From Patescibacteria group bacterium (GTDB lineage Bacteria > Patescibacteriota > Minisyncoccia > UBA6257 > Brennerbacteraceae): 54,022 nt of DNA. The stretch lies in the NCBI GenBank assembly GCA_040753135.1, contig JBFMGR010000004.1, positions 1-54,022 on the forward strand. The letters are read 5' to 3'. Shown in pieces: positions 25,765 to 33,437 of this stretch; positions within the stretch are counted from its first letter, which is position 1; each line of letters starts with the position of its first letter. A program made the translations under genes and the position numbers. The notes beneath the pieces were generated by a model. That model was not told the origin of the DNA. It made no database searches and saw only the letters and a list, made by a program, of their open reading frames with translations.

Positions 25765-27150
25765 ATGCTTAAATTAAAAGCTCTGTTGGCAAAAAAAATT
25801 CCTTTCTGGCTTTCCTTAACAGCCATTTTTATTTTTCTAATCATTGCTATAGTTTTATTTTTTATTTACCGGCAAGTAGTTTATCAATACCAATTAGTGC
25901 TTCAGGATGAAAACCAGATCGCTTCAGCTTTTAATTTAGAATACGGCTCTTGGCCCAAAATGGCTGAACCAGGATTTTTCAGCCGAGTCAAAAACCAGCT
26001 CGTCAATGATAGAGCTAACTTTATTGAAGCCAATCTCTCAACTATGGAAATTGCTCTTTATGAAAGCGGCCAAGAAATAAAAAAGGCCAAGATAGTCGGC
26101 AAGGGCAAGGAAGGTTCTTGGTGGGAAACCCCGGCTGGAGTTTATAAAATTGAAACCAAAGAGAAGATCCATTTTTCCTCAATCGGCCAGGTTTATATGC
26201 CTTATTCAATGCAGTTTCAAGGCAATTTTTTTATTCACGGCATTCCTTATTATCCTGACGGCCGAGAAACCGAGCTAAGTTATACTGGCGGCTGTATTAA
26301 GCTCTTTACCAATGACGCCAAAGAAATCTTTGAAAAAGCCGAGTTAGGTATGCCGGTTTTAGTTTTTGAAAAAGATTTTGAAACTGACCAGTTTTCTCAT
26401 TCAGTCAAACAGCCAAAAGTCTCGGCTGACCAATATTTAGCAGTTGATTTGAAAAACAATTTTGTTTTTTTCCAAAAAAACTCTCAAGAGGTGGTCTCGA
26501 TTGCCTCGTTAACCAAACTAATGACTGCTTTAATTGCCACTGAATATATTAATTTGGAAAAAGAAATCACGATTACCGGCACAATGCTGACTTATACCAC
26601 TGTGCCAAGACTAAAGATCGGCCAGGTTTATTCTGCTTATGATCTGCTTTTCCCGTTAATGTTAGAATCTTCTAATGAAGCAGCTCAGGCGTTAAGCTAC
26701 TTCACCGGACCCCAAAGGTTTATTGAGCTAATGAACAAAAAAGCCAAAGCTTTAGGAATGGAAAAAACTATTTTTGCCGACTCCTCCGGCATCAGTCCGG
26801 TCAGCGCTTCTAATGCCGAAGACTTGTTTGTTCTGGCAAAATACCTTTATTTTAACCGCAACTTTATCTTAAAAATCAGCACTGGCGAGACTTTGGCCTC
26901 GGCTTACGGCCAGCCCAAATTTACCGGCTTGGCTAACTTTAATAAACCAAAATACTCCGGCTCAATCTGGGATAATTTTATCGGCGGCAAGATTGGTCTA
27001 ACTCGGGCGAGCAAGGAAACAATTGTTTCTTTGTTTGAGCTTGAGATTAGAGGCGAAAAAAGGCCAGTCGCCGTGATTGTTTTGGGTTCAGATAATTATT
27101 TCCAGGATGTTGAAGCGATTGTCAACCAGATAAAAGCGGCTTATGAGTAA
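25765..27150 (+). CDS. Fusion protein: TM anchor + L,D-transpeptidase (YkuD) domain + S11 DD-carboxypeptidase domain
   Basis: YkuD motif FFIHG..SYTGGCIKL, then SxxK ASLTKLMTA, SxN ESSNEAA and the KTG-like GGKIGLT. Confidence 0.8.
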   Translation: MLKLKALLAKKIPFWLSLTAIFIFLIIAIVLFFIYRQVVYQYQLVLQDENQIASAFNLEYGSWPKMAEPGFFSRVKNQLVNDRANFIEANLSTMEIALYESGQEIKKAKIVGKGKEGSWWETPAGVYKIETKEKIHFSSIGQVYMPYSMQFQGNFFIHGIPYYPDGRETELSYTGGCIKLFTNDAKEIFEKAELGMPVLVFEKDFETDQFSHSVKQPKVSADQYLAVDLKNNFVFFQKNSQEVVSIASLTKLMTALIATEYINLEKEITITGTMLTYTTVPRLKIGQVYSAYDLLFPLMLESSNEAAQALSYFTGPQRFIELMNKKAKALGMEKTIFADSSGISPVSASNAEDLFVLAKYLYFNRNFILKISTGETLASAYGQPKFTGLANFNKPKYSGSIWDNFIGGKIGLTRASKETIVSLFELEIRGEKRPVAVIVLGSDNYFQDVEAIVNQIKAAYE

Positions 27151-28324
27151 AAAACTGATTGTTCTTGGCTTAGCCGGCGCTTTTTTAACTAGCGCTTTGC
27201 TTTTAAAAAGCAGATATAACTTTTCCGCTGATTTGGAACTGAAAAAACTAATCGCCAAAGTCTCGCCCAGTCCAATACCGCAAAGATTAAATCCTGTACC
27301 CAAAACTGTCAAAGCAGTTTATCTAACTTCTTGGTCTGCGGGTAATCCGGAAAAAATCAATCAAGTTATTGAGTTAGCGAAAACTACCGAGATTAACGCG
27401 GTGGTGATTGATATCAAAGATTATTCCGGCAAAGTCGCGTTTGAAACAAACAGCGAGTTAATCAAACAGATTGGTTCAAAAGAAATCAGAATTAAAAATT
27501 TTAAAGAGCTAATCCAAAAACTTCATCAGGAAAATATCTATATCATTGCCAGAATCGCGGTTTTTCAGGACCTTTATCTGGCTGAAACCAAACCAGAACT
27601 GGCAGTGAAAAATAAAACCAACAGCAAGATCTGGCGTGACCAGAAAAACTTAGCTTGGGTTGATCCGGCCAGCCGAAAAGTCTGGGATTATAACTTAGAG
27701 ATTGCCAAACAAGCAATTGCTTTAGGAGTTGACGAGCTTAATTTTGATTATATCCGGTTCCCTTCTGATGGCGATATCTCTAATTTAGCTTATCCGGTTT
27801 ATAATCCGGAAACAGAAACCAAGTTCGAAACTATCAAAAGGTTTTTTAAATACTTAAATGAAAGCCTAAAACCCGAGGGGATAATTCTTTCTGCAGATTT
27901 ATTTGGCCAGGCGACTTTTGATGAATCAGATATGAATATTGGCCAAATTATTGAAGATGCTTATTTATATTTTGATTATGTTTCACCAATGGTTTATCCG
28001 TCTCATTATGCTAACGGCTTTTTAGGCTATAAAAACCCGGCTTTATATCCTTATGAAGTAATTGATTATTCCTTAGAAAGCGCAATCCAGCGCCGAGTTG
28101 AGCTATTCAGCCGATTAGCTTCTGGCACGACTGAATTAGAACAGAAAAAAATCAAGTTGGCTGAACTCCGGCCCTGGCTCCAAGCATTTAATCTGGGCGC
28201 TGACTATACCCCGGAAATAGTCAGAAAGCAGATTCAAGCAATTGATGATAATGGCTTAGATTTTGGCTGGTATTTATGGAACCCGAACAACATTTACAAC
28301 CCCAAAGCGCTTAAAAAAGAATAA
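27143..28324 (+). CDS. Putative glycoside-hydrolase-like TIM-barrel protein (DUF4015-like)
   Basis: KAVYLTSWSAG..INAVVIDIKDYSGKV..NFDYIRFPSDG pattern. An 8-nt overlap (ATGAGTAA) with the upstream gene. Confidence 0.55.
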   Translation: MSKKLIVLGLAGAFLTSALLLKSRYNFSADLELKKLIAKVSPSPIPQRLNPVPKTVKAVYLTSWSAGNPEKINQVIELAKTTEINAVVIDIKDYSGKVAFETNSELIKQIGSKEIRIKNFKELIQKLHQENIYIIARIAVFQDLYLAETKPELAVKNKTNSKIWRDQKNLAWVDPASRKVWDYNLEIAKQAIALGVDELNFDYIRFPSDGDISNLAYPVYNPETETKFETIKRFFKYLNESLKPEGIILSADLFGQATFDESDMNIGQIIEDAYLYFDYVSPMVYPSHYANGFLGYKNPALYPYEVIDYSLESAIQRRVELFSRLASGTTELEQKKIKLAELRPWLQAFNLGADYTPEIVRKQIQAIDDNGLDFGWYLWNPNNIYNPKALKKE

Positions 28325-28417
28325 ACATTAATTTTCAATTACCAATTTTCTGGCTACGCCAGATCTCGCGAGACGAGAAAAAATCAGATTTTAGATTAAA
28401 GATGAATGGAACAATCC

Positions 28418-28515
28418 CAACGAATAACGAATTTATACGAATTTACGAATAAACGAATTTTTCTTTATTTGTTATTCGTATATTCGCTTATTCGCAACTG
28501 ATTCGTTATTCGTTG
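28418..28515. repeat. 98-bp imperfect palindrome built from 5 + 5 copies of ACGAAT / ATTCG(T/C)
   Basis: CGAAT at 28421, 28428, 28438, 28446, 28454. ATTCG at 28474, 28482, 28490, 28501, 28508. The outer 15 bp are a perfect inverted repeat. Confidence 0.75.
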
Positions 28516-28541
28516 ATTTAGTCCTGTTTAACGATTATAAT
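28513..28541 (+). promoter_or_regulatory. Promoter TTGATT-17-TATAAT for tRNA(CAU)
   Basis: The -35 overlaps the last ATTCG repeat. The -10 ends 19 nt before the tRNA. Confidence 0.6.
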
Positions 28542-28560
28542 GCTTTAGAAAAAACTTTAG

Positions 28561-28637
28561 GCCAGGGTAGCTCAGCTGGTTAGAGCGCGGCACTCATAAC
28601 GCCGAGGTCGAGAGTTCAAGCCTCTCCCCTGGCACCA
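28561..28637 (+). tRNA. tRNA(CAU), elongator Met or Ile2 (lysidine), CCA encoded
   Basis: GCCAGGG/CCCTGGC acceptor, loop CUCAUAA. G1-C72 and the lack of a GGG/CCC anticodon stem argue against an initiator. Confidence 0.88.
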
Positions 28638-28685
28638 AAAAATTATTCATTGCGGTCATCGGCTCTTAGCCGATGGCTTTCTAAC

Positions 28686-28708
28686 CCAGGCATTGCCTGG
28701 ATTTTTTA
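28686..28708 (+). terminator. Intrinsic terminator after tRNA(CAU)
   Basis: CCAGGC-ATT-GCCTGG followed by ATTTTTTATTT. Confidence 0.7.
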
Positions 28709-28742
28709 TTTAAAAACAAAATAGCCCGTTCTCCTAGACGGG

Positions 28743-28853
28743 CTATTTAAAAAAGAAATTTTTTAAAATCCAAAGAGCCAAGAAAAAAATCAAAACTCCT
28801 TGGACCAAAAACCAAATCCAGGAAATTATCCAGGAAATTATTTTGGTTTTCAT
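28743..28853 (-). CDS. 36-aa hydrophobic peptide MKTKIISWIISWIWFLVQGVLIFFLALWILKNFFFK
   Basis: Strong SD AAAGGAGG 6 nt before the ATG. The stop TAG lies inside the terminator stem ATAGCCCGT/ACGGGCTAT. An upstream extended -10 TGCTAAAAT is on the minus strand. Confidence 0.5.
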   Translation of the reverse strand: MKTKIISWIISWIWFLVQGVLIFFLALWILKNFFFK

Positions 28854-28927
28854 AGCAACCTCCTTTAAAACTTTGTTTAAGAAATTTTAGCATATTTTTT
28901 GCTTAAAACAGTTTGACCTAACATCTA

Positions 28928-28956
28928 TTTGACAATCATAAGGAAGTATGCTATAA
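28928..28956 (+). promoter_or_regulatory. Consensus promoter TTGACA-17-TATAAT (with TGC extended -10)
   Basis: Both hexamers are perfect and the spacing is 17. Confidence 0.65.
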
Positions 28957-28962
28957 TATAAG

Positions 28963-29067
28963 TATAATCGGGGGTTGTCAGAAGGCTGGCGGCCTTAGCC
29001 GCCTAAAGACTCTGTCTTTTGCGGACACCCCCAAACAACTCTCCCCTCGCAACTGCGAGGGGTTTTT
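28963..29067 (+). ncRNA. Candidate ~105-nt structured sRNA (three-way junction + intrinsic terminator)
   Basis: Closing stem GGGGGT(T)GTC/GACACCCCC, hairpins GGCGGC-CTTA-GCCGCC and AAAGAC-TCT-GTCTTT, then CCCCTCGC-AACT-GCGAGGGG-TTTTT. No ORF. Confidence 0.4.
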
Positions 29068-29069
29068 CA

Positions 29070-29098
29070 TTGCTAAAACTAAGTTTTTTTAGTAAAAT
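29070..29098 (+). promoter_or_regulatory. Promoter TTGCTA-17-TAAAAT positioned for a near-leaderless LAGLIDADG mRNA
   Basis: The -10 ends 9 nt before ATG 29107. No SD. Confidence 0.45.
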
Positions 29099-29106
29099 AA
29101 AATTTC

Positions 29107-29769
29107 ATGAGCCCAATGTTTAGAAGAAAGAATGAAGTGCTCTTTGAAAAATGGACTAGTCAAATGGCTTATGTTTTGGGATATATTTTAGCAGATGGCT
29201 CCTTAATCAAAAATAAACGAGGCGCTTATTTTACAGAGATTCAATCTATAGATAAAGAAATTATCGTGAAAATAAGGAAAGTTTTTGATTCGGATTTAAA
29301 AATCAGCGTTTACAAACCCAAAAAGGGCCGGATAAGATACCGTCTTCAGATTGGTTCTAAAAAAATATTTACAGATCTTTTAAAACTCGGCATAAAACCA
29401 AAGAAAAGTTGTCATGAAAAACTGCCCAAAATTCCCAGTAAATACTTTTCTGACTTTTTGAGAGGATATTTTGATGGCGACGGAAGTGTCAACATCTGTA
29501 CATATCAACGAAAAGACAGAAACAAAAAATCAACGGTTTTAAGCTCGGGTTTTACTTCTGGCGGCAAATTGATTCTAAAACAAATATGGCGGAATCTAAA
29601 ACTGAAGAAAATTATAGCTGGTGGGACCCTATATTTTCATGAACGTAGCTACCGTCTTTGGTTTTCCATTCATGATTCTTTATCTCTCTATAACTTTCTT
29701 TATCAGAACGTCGAAAATGGTTTATTTTTAACGAGAAAAAAGAGGATTTTTGAAAGATATAAAAATTAA
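29107..29769 (+). CDS. LAGLIDADG homing endonuclease (two-motif, monomeric type)
   Basis: Motifs MAYVLGYILADGSL and FLRGYFDGDGSV. The stop TAA (29767..29769) is immediately followed by tRNA-Asp nucleotide 1. Confidence 0.85.
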   Translation: MSPMFRRKNEVLFEKWTSQMAYVLGYILADGSLIKNKRGAYFTEIQSIDKEIIVKIRKVFDSDLKISVYKPKKGRIRYRLQIGSKKIFTDLLKLGIKPKKSCHEKLPKIPSKYFSDFLRGYFDGDGSVNICTYQRKDRNKKSTVLSSGFTSGGKLILKQIWRNLKLKKIIAGGTLYFHERSYRLWFSIHDSLSLYNFLYQNVENGLFLTRKKRIFERYKN

Positions 29770-29844
29770 GGGCCAGTGGAGCAGCCCGGAGTGCTCGTCT
29801 CCCTGTCACGGAGAAGGTCGCGGGTTCAAATCCCGTCTGGCCCG
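29770..29844 (+). tRNA. tRNA-Asp(GUC), no encoded CCA
   Basis: GGGCCAG/CTGGCCC acceptor, loop CUGUCAC, GTCGCGGGTTCAAATCCCGTC like E. coli tRNA-Asp, G73. Confidence 0.9.
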
Positions 29845-29879
29845 CTAAAAATTTCTAACTAAACTTAGAAAATAAAACA

Positions 29880-29908
29880 AAAAAACAAGCTCTTGGGGCT
29901 TGTTTTTA
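29880..29908. terminator. Bidirectional terminator between tRNA-Asp and rpsR
   Basis: AACAAGC-tcttggg-GCTTGTT flanked by A and T runs. Confidence 0.6.
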
Positions 29909-29937
29909 TTCTTAATTCCCAATTCTTTATTCTCTGT

Positions 29938-30141
29938 TTACTCGGGCAGATATGGCAACAAGCTCATCTGCCGGGCTCGTTTAACTGCTCGGGCCAGCTC
30001 CCGCTGATGTTTGGCGCAAAGTCCGGTTTTTGCCCGAGGTTTGATTTTTTGGGAAACCGCTAAAAAACGCCTTAAGGTTTCAGCGTCTTGCCAATTTATT
30101 GGCGCTCGGCCGCAAAAATAACATTGTTTTGTCTTTTTCAT
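29938..30141 (-). CDS. rpsR: 30S ribosomal protein S18
   Basis: 67 aa, CYFC..INWQD..LRRF.. S18 signature, in the S6-SSB-S18 operon order. Confidence 0.9.
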   Translation of the reverse strand: MKKTKQCYFCGRAPINWQDAETLRRFLAVSQKIKPRAKTGLCAKHQRELARAVKRARQMSLLPYLPE

Positions 30142-30195
30142 TATTTTATCGTTAAATTAGAAATTGGTTGAGGAATAAAGCCATTTAGCCATAAT

Positions 30196-30657
30196 TTAAA
30201 ACGGCAGGTTTTCGTCTAAATCCAGGTCTGACTCAACCGGCTCGCCCGGTTCAATCACCGGAATCTCGTTTTGGTCAGAAATTTTTTCTTCCGGAACTTC
30301 GGGCAGGTCCATTTTTTCTTGGCTGAATGCAGCTCTTGGCCCAAACTGAACCCGATCAGCAACCACTTCGGTCCGGTATTTTTTCTCGCCTGTCGGCGCA
30401 TCCCAGGACCGGGTTTTCAATCTGCCTTCAACCATTAACAGCCTGCCTTTATCAACATATTGCTTGCAGATTTCGGCTTGCCGGCCCCAGACAACAATAT
30501 TGTGATACTCAGTTTCTTCCTGCCTTTGCCCGGCTTTGTCAGTCCAAAACCGGTTGGTCGCCAAAGGAAAGCTGGCCACTGACTGGCCTTGAGGCGTAGT
30601 CCGAAGCTCGATCTCCCGAACCACCCGACCAATTAAAACAACTTTATTAAGATTCAT
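30196..30657 (-). CDS. ssb: Single-stranded DNA-binding protein
   Basis: OB fold (MNLNKVVLIGRVVREIELR..) and acidic tail ending DLDENLPF. Confidence 0.9.
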   Translation of the reverse strand: MNLNKVVLIGRVVREIELRTTPQGQSVASFPLATNRFWTDKAGQRQEETEYHNIVVWGRQAEICKQYVDKGRLLMVEGRLKTRSWDAPTGEKKYRTEVVADRVQFGPRAAFSQEKMDLPEVPEEKISDQNEIPVIEPGEPVESDLDLDENLPF

Positions 30658-31084
30658 CCTCTAAAATTTCTTTTAATTTTGTTTCTAAAACTTTATCAGA
30701 AACCGGTTCTTTTATTTCTTTGGCAGAATCAGTCGGAGCTGTTTCAAAAACCGGCGCCGGCTTTCTTGGCCTAACGGCTTTTTTACGTTTCTCCGGCAAA
30801 ACCGTAAAAATAGTTTTTCTCAAGATTTGATCTTCATATAAAAGCAATTTTTCTACTTGTTTTAATTTTCCCGGAGTCAAAGAAAAAACCACCTCACCCC
30901 AAAAGCCGGTGGTTTGTTTTTTAATCGGATAAGCCATTGGCCGTTTTCCCAATGGCCGAGAAGAGATAATCGCGCCTCCGGCGCGGCTAATTGCTTGTTC
31001 AATTTTTTTCTGCTCTGCTTCCGGAATCCGGTCCGCGCCCGGATCTTTCAGCCAAAAACAGATCTGATAAATTCCTGTTCCCAT
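30647..31084 (-). CDS. rpsF: 30S ribosomal protein S6 with C-terminal extension
   Basis: IYQICFWLKD.. matches the S6 N-terminus. ATG 31084 preferred over GTG 31102. Confidence 0.8.
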   Translation of the reverse strand: MGTGIYQICFWLKDPGADRIPEAEQKKIEQAISRAGGAIISSRPLGKRPMAYPIKKQTTGFWGEVVFSLTPGKLKQVEKLLLYEDQILRKTIFTVLPEKRKKAVRPRKPAPVFETAPTDSAKEIKEPVSDKVLETKLKEILEDES

Positions 31085-31130
31085 TATTAAAGAATTTAAC
31101 ACAGCTGAAGCAATTAGTCAATTTAACTGA

Positions 31131-32360
31131 TTATTTAGTCGCTTGGTACAAAGCTTGAACCTCGGCCTCGGTTAAAATGCGATTGTAAATCTTAAACCCG
31201 TCAATAATGCCGTTAAACTGGCTTTGCTGACCCGCTCCCCAAGTGCCAACAAAACCGGTTTGAGTCGCGTTTTTCGCCGGCGTAGTTGAACCGTGGCAGT
31301 TCTGCAGATCTTGGCTTTTGCCGTTTAAATAAAGCTTGACATTATCATAAGCAGGTACGCCATTATAAAAAACTGCCACCAGATGAGCCCAATTTTGAGC
31401 CAAACCTTGGTGCGACACGCCCAAGAGATTGCCCTGGCCAACATTAAACCCTAAGCAGCCATGATCTAAACTCAAACCATAAGGCGCATCCCAGCCAAAA
31501 ACTATCTCATCTTCTTGGCCGTTCCAATACATCCAAAGTTCAACTGAATTAAATCCCCCAGACGCAGTGTCCACCGGCAGATTGCTAAACTGAACATAAT
31601 CGCCATTACCATCAAAACTCAAGCCCGAGCCAGTTTTCCCTGGAACCAAAACCGCTCCAAAAACATCGCCATTATTAGCATAACCGGAACGGTCTAAAAC
31701 TAAACTGCCAGAAAGCTGGTCAAAATCCCAATATCCGCTCAAGCCTAAGGGTAAAGACCAAAGAAAAAGATTGGCGCCAATCTCAAACCGGGAGTCGTCA
31801 ATGCCGCCGTCTTTAAAAGCGAATCCCTTTAAATATTTTTCTGACTCAAGCAACGAAGTTAAAACAAATTGCCGGTTATTATCAACAACATAGGCATAAT
31901 AATAATCTTTACTGTTCAGCGGGTCTTCGGGCAGGGGACCAATTGAATCTAAACTGAAGTTAATCGGCAGCCAACCCAAGCCGTTTGATTTTCTATAGTT
32001 CTGGAAGTCTGAACAATAATAGCTCCAGCCTGAAGGCAAAGCAGGCAAATTATAGCTTGAGCAATCGGCAGCGCTATCAGGCAGAGAAAGATAAACAACA
32101 CTGCTATTGCCTAATGATTCAGAAGGAAATTTTTCTGATAAATGATTAATTTCTAAAAACAATTGATTAAGGTCTTTAACCCTCTGGCCGTCCCTAACTC
32201 CCTTGAATAAAAAAATCGGATTAGAATAAAAAACCGCCAAAGAAAAAATAATCGAAACAATTCCGAGAGCAAGCAGAAGCTCTATAAAAGAAAAGCTTAA
32301 AAAACTCTTAGCCTTTCCAACCACCTGACCCGGTTTGTGCCAGAAGGCAAAAAAATTCAT
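31131..32360 (-). CDS. Type IV pilin-like protein with C-terminal LamG (concanavalin A-like) domain
   Basis: N-terminal FSFIELLLALGIV pseudopilin helix. C-terminal LamG signature ..LSFDGNGDYV..IIDGFKIYNRILTEAEVQALY. Paralog of 52707..53939. Confidence 0.7.
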   Translation of the reverse strand: MNFFAFWHKPGQVVGKAKSFLSFSFIELLLALGIVSIIFSLAVFYSNPIFLFKGVRDGQRVKDLNQLFLEINHLSEKFPSESLGNSSVVYLSLPDSAADCSSYNLPALPSGWSYYCSDFQNYRKSNGLGWLPINFSLDSIGPLPEDPLNSKDYYYAYVVDNNRQFVLTSLLESEKYLKGFAFKDGGIDDSRFEIGANLFLWSLPLGLSGYWDFDQLSGSLVLDRSGYANNGDVFGAVLVPGKTGSGLSFDGNGDYVQFSNLPVDTASGGFNSVELWMYWNGQEDEIVFGWDAPYGLSLDHGCLGFNVGQGNLLGVSHQGLAQNWAHLVAVFYNGVPAYDNVKLYLNGKSQDLQNCHGSTTPAKNATQTGFVGTWGAGQQSQFNGIIDGFKIYNRILTEAEVQALYQATK

Positions 32361-32367
32361 AAGGATT

Positions 32368-33396
32368 TTATTTCTCCGGCGGTTTTTTAAATAATTGGTT
32401 TATCGCTGATTCAATTTTTTTCGCGGTCTGGGGATTTTCTGCTAAATAGGACTGGGCTGCCTCAAAACCAACTCCGAGCTTTTCTTCATTAAAAGCATAG
32501 CTCGCCCCGGCCCGCTTAACCAGATTGTATTTTATTCCAGTATTAATCAAGTCGCCAAGATAAGAGATTCCCTGGTTATACATAATGTCAAACTCAGCGG
32601 TCCGGAATGGCGGCGCCACTTTATTTTTCACGACTTTGGCTTTAACCCGATTGCCGACAATCTCATCGCCTTTTTTAATCTGGGCCGCTCGGCGGACCTC
32701 AATCCTGACCGAAGAATAAAATTTCAGCGCCTTGCCCCCGGGAGTGGTTTCTGGATTTCCGTACATTCCGATCTGCATCCTGATCTGATTAATAAAAATA
32801 ACCACGGTTTTTGATTTTGAAACAATCGCGGTCAACTTTCTCAAAGCTTGAGACATTAATCTGGCTTGCAAGCCAATAAACTGATCTCCCATTGCTCCTT
32901 CAATCTCTGCCCGCGGAGTCAGCGCCGCAACCGAATCAATCACAATCACATCCAGGGCCTGGGTCCGAACCAAAGACTCAACAATCTCCAAGGCCTGCTC
33001 GCCTGTATCCGGCTGAGAAATCAATAAATCAGAAACCTTAACTCCGATTTTTTTAGCGTATTCCGGATCTAAAGCGTGCTCTGCGTCAATAAAAGCCGCT
33101 TGGCCGCCTTGTTTCTGGGCTTCAGCAACAACATGCAAAGCCAAAGTGGTTTTGCCGGAAGACTCTGGACCATAGATCTCGATTAATCTGCCCCGAGGCA
33201 AGCCGCCGACGCCTAAAGCCAGGTTTAAAGAAATAGATCCGGTCGGAATCACATCAACATCAACTCTTGCCACTTGGCCAAGGACCATAATTGTGCCTTC
33301 GCCATAGCGCGACTGAAGATCTTTGATTAATTCCTCAAGTTTTTCTTCTTTGGCTGAAGAGAGTTTTTTTGTTTTTTTTGCTTTCTGGGGCGACAT
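32368..33396 (-). CDS. recA: Recombinase A
   Basis: GPESSGKTT Walker [10 protein letters not shown], 342 aa, no intein. Confidence 0.95.
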   Translation of the reverse strand: MSPQKAKKTKKLSSAKEEKLEELIKDLQSRYGEGTIMVLGQVARVDVDVIPTGSISLNLALGVGGLPRGRLIEIYGPESSGKTTLALHVVAEAQKQGGQAAFIDAEHALDPEYAKKIGVKVSDLLISQPDTGEQALEIVESLVRTQALDVIVIDSVAALTPRAEIEGAMGDQFIGLQARLMSQALRKLTAIVSKSKTVVIFINQIRMQIGMYGNPETTPGGKALKFYSSVRIEVRRAAQIKKGDEIVGNRVKAKVVKNKVAPPFRTAEFDIMYNQGISYLGDLINTGIKYNLVKRAGASYAFNEEKLGVGFEAAQSYLAENPQTAKKIESAINQLFKKPPEK

Positions 33397-33437
33397 AAAT
33401 AAAATAAAAATTTAATAGCTTAATAAAATTATACCAT

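Noticed and set aside
25382-28515. CRISPR array interpretation of the CGTTAGAGA cluster and the CGAAT array.
   Set aside because: The repeat units are only 5-13 nt, are arranged as inverted rather than regularly spaced direct repeats, have no spacers of uniform length, and no cas genes are present.
28963-29067. The candidate sRNAs (this one and 25514..25605) as SRP RNA, 6S RNA, tmRNA, RNase P RNA or a known riboswitch.
   Set aside because: None of the hallmark sequences I can recall is present: GGAA/AGCA domain IV, tmRNA tRNA-like ends, RNase P GAGGAAAGUCC, or the ZTP/fluoride/preQ1/guanidine/c-di-GMP cores. They stay unclassified rather than assigned.
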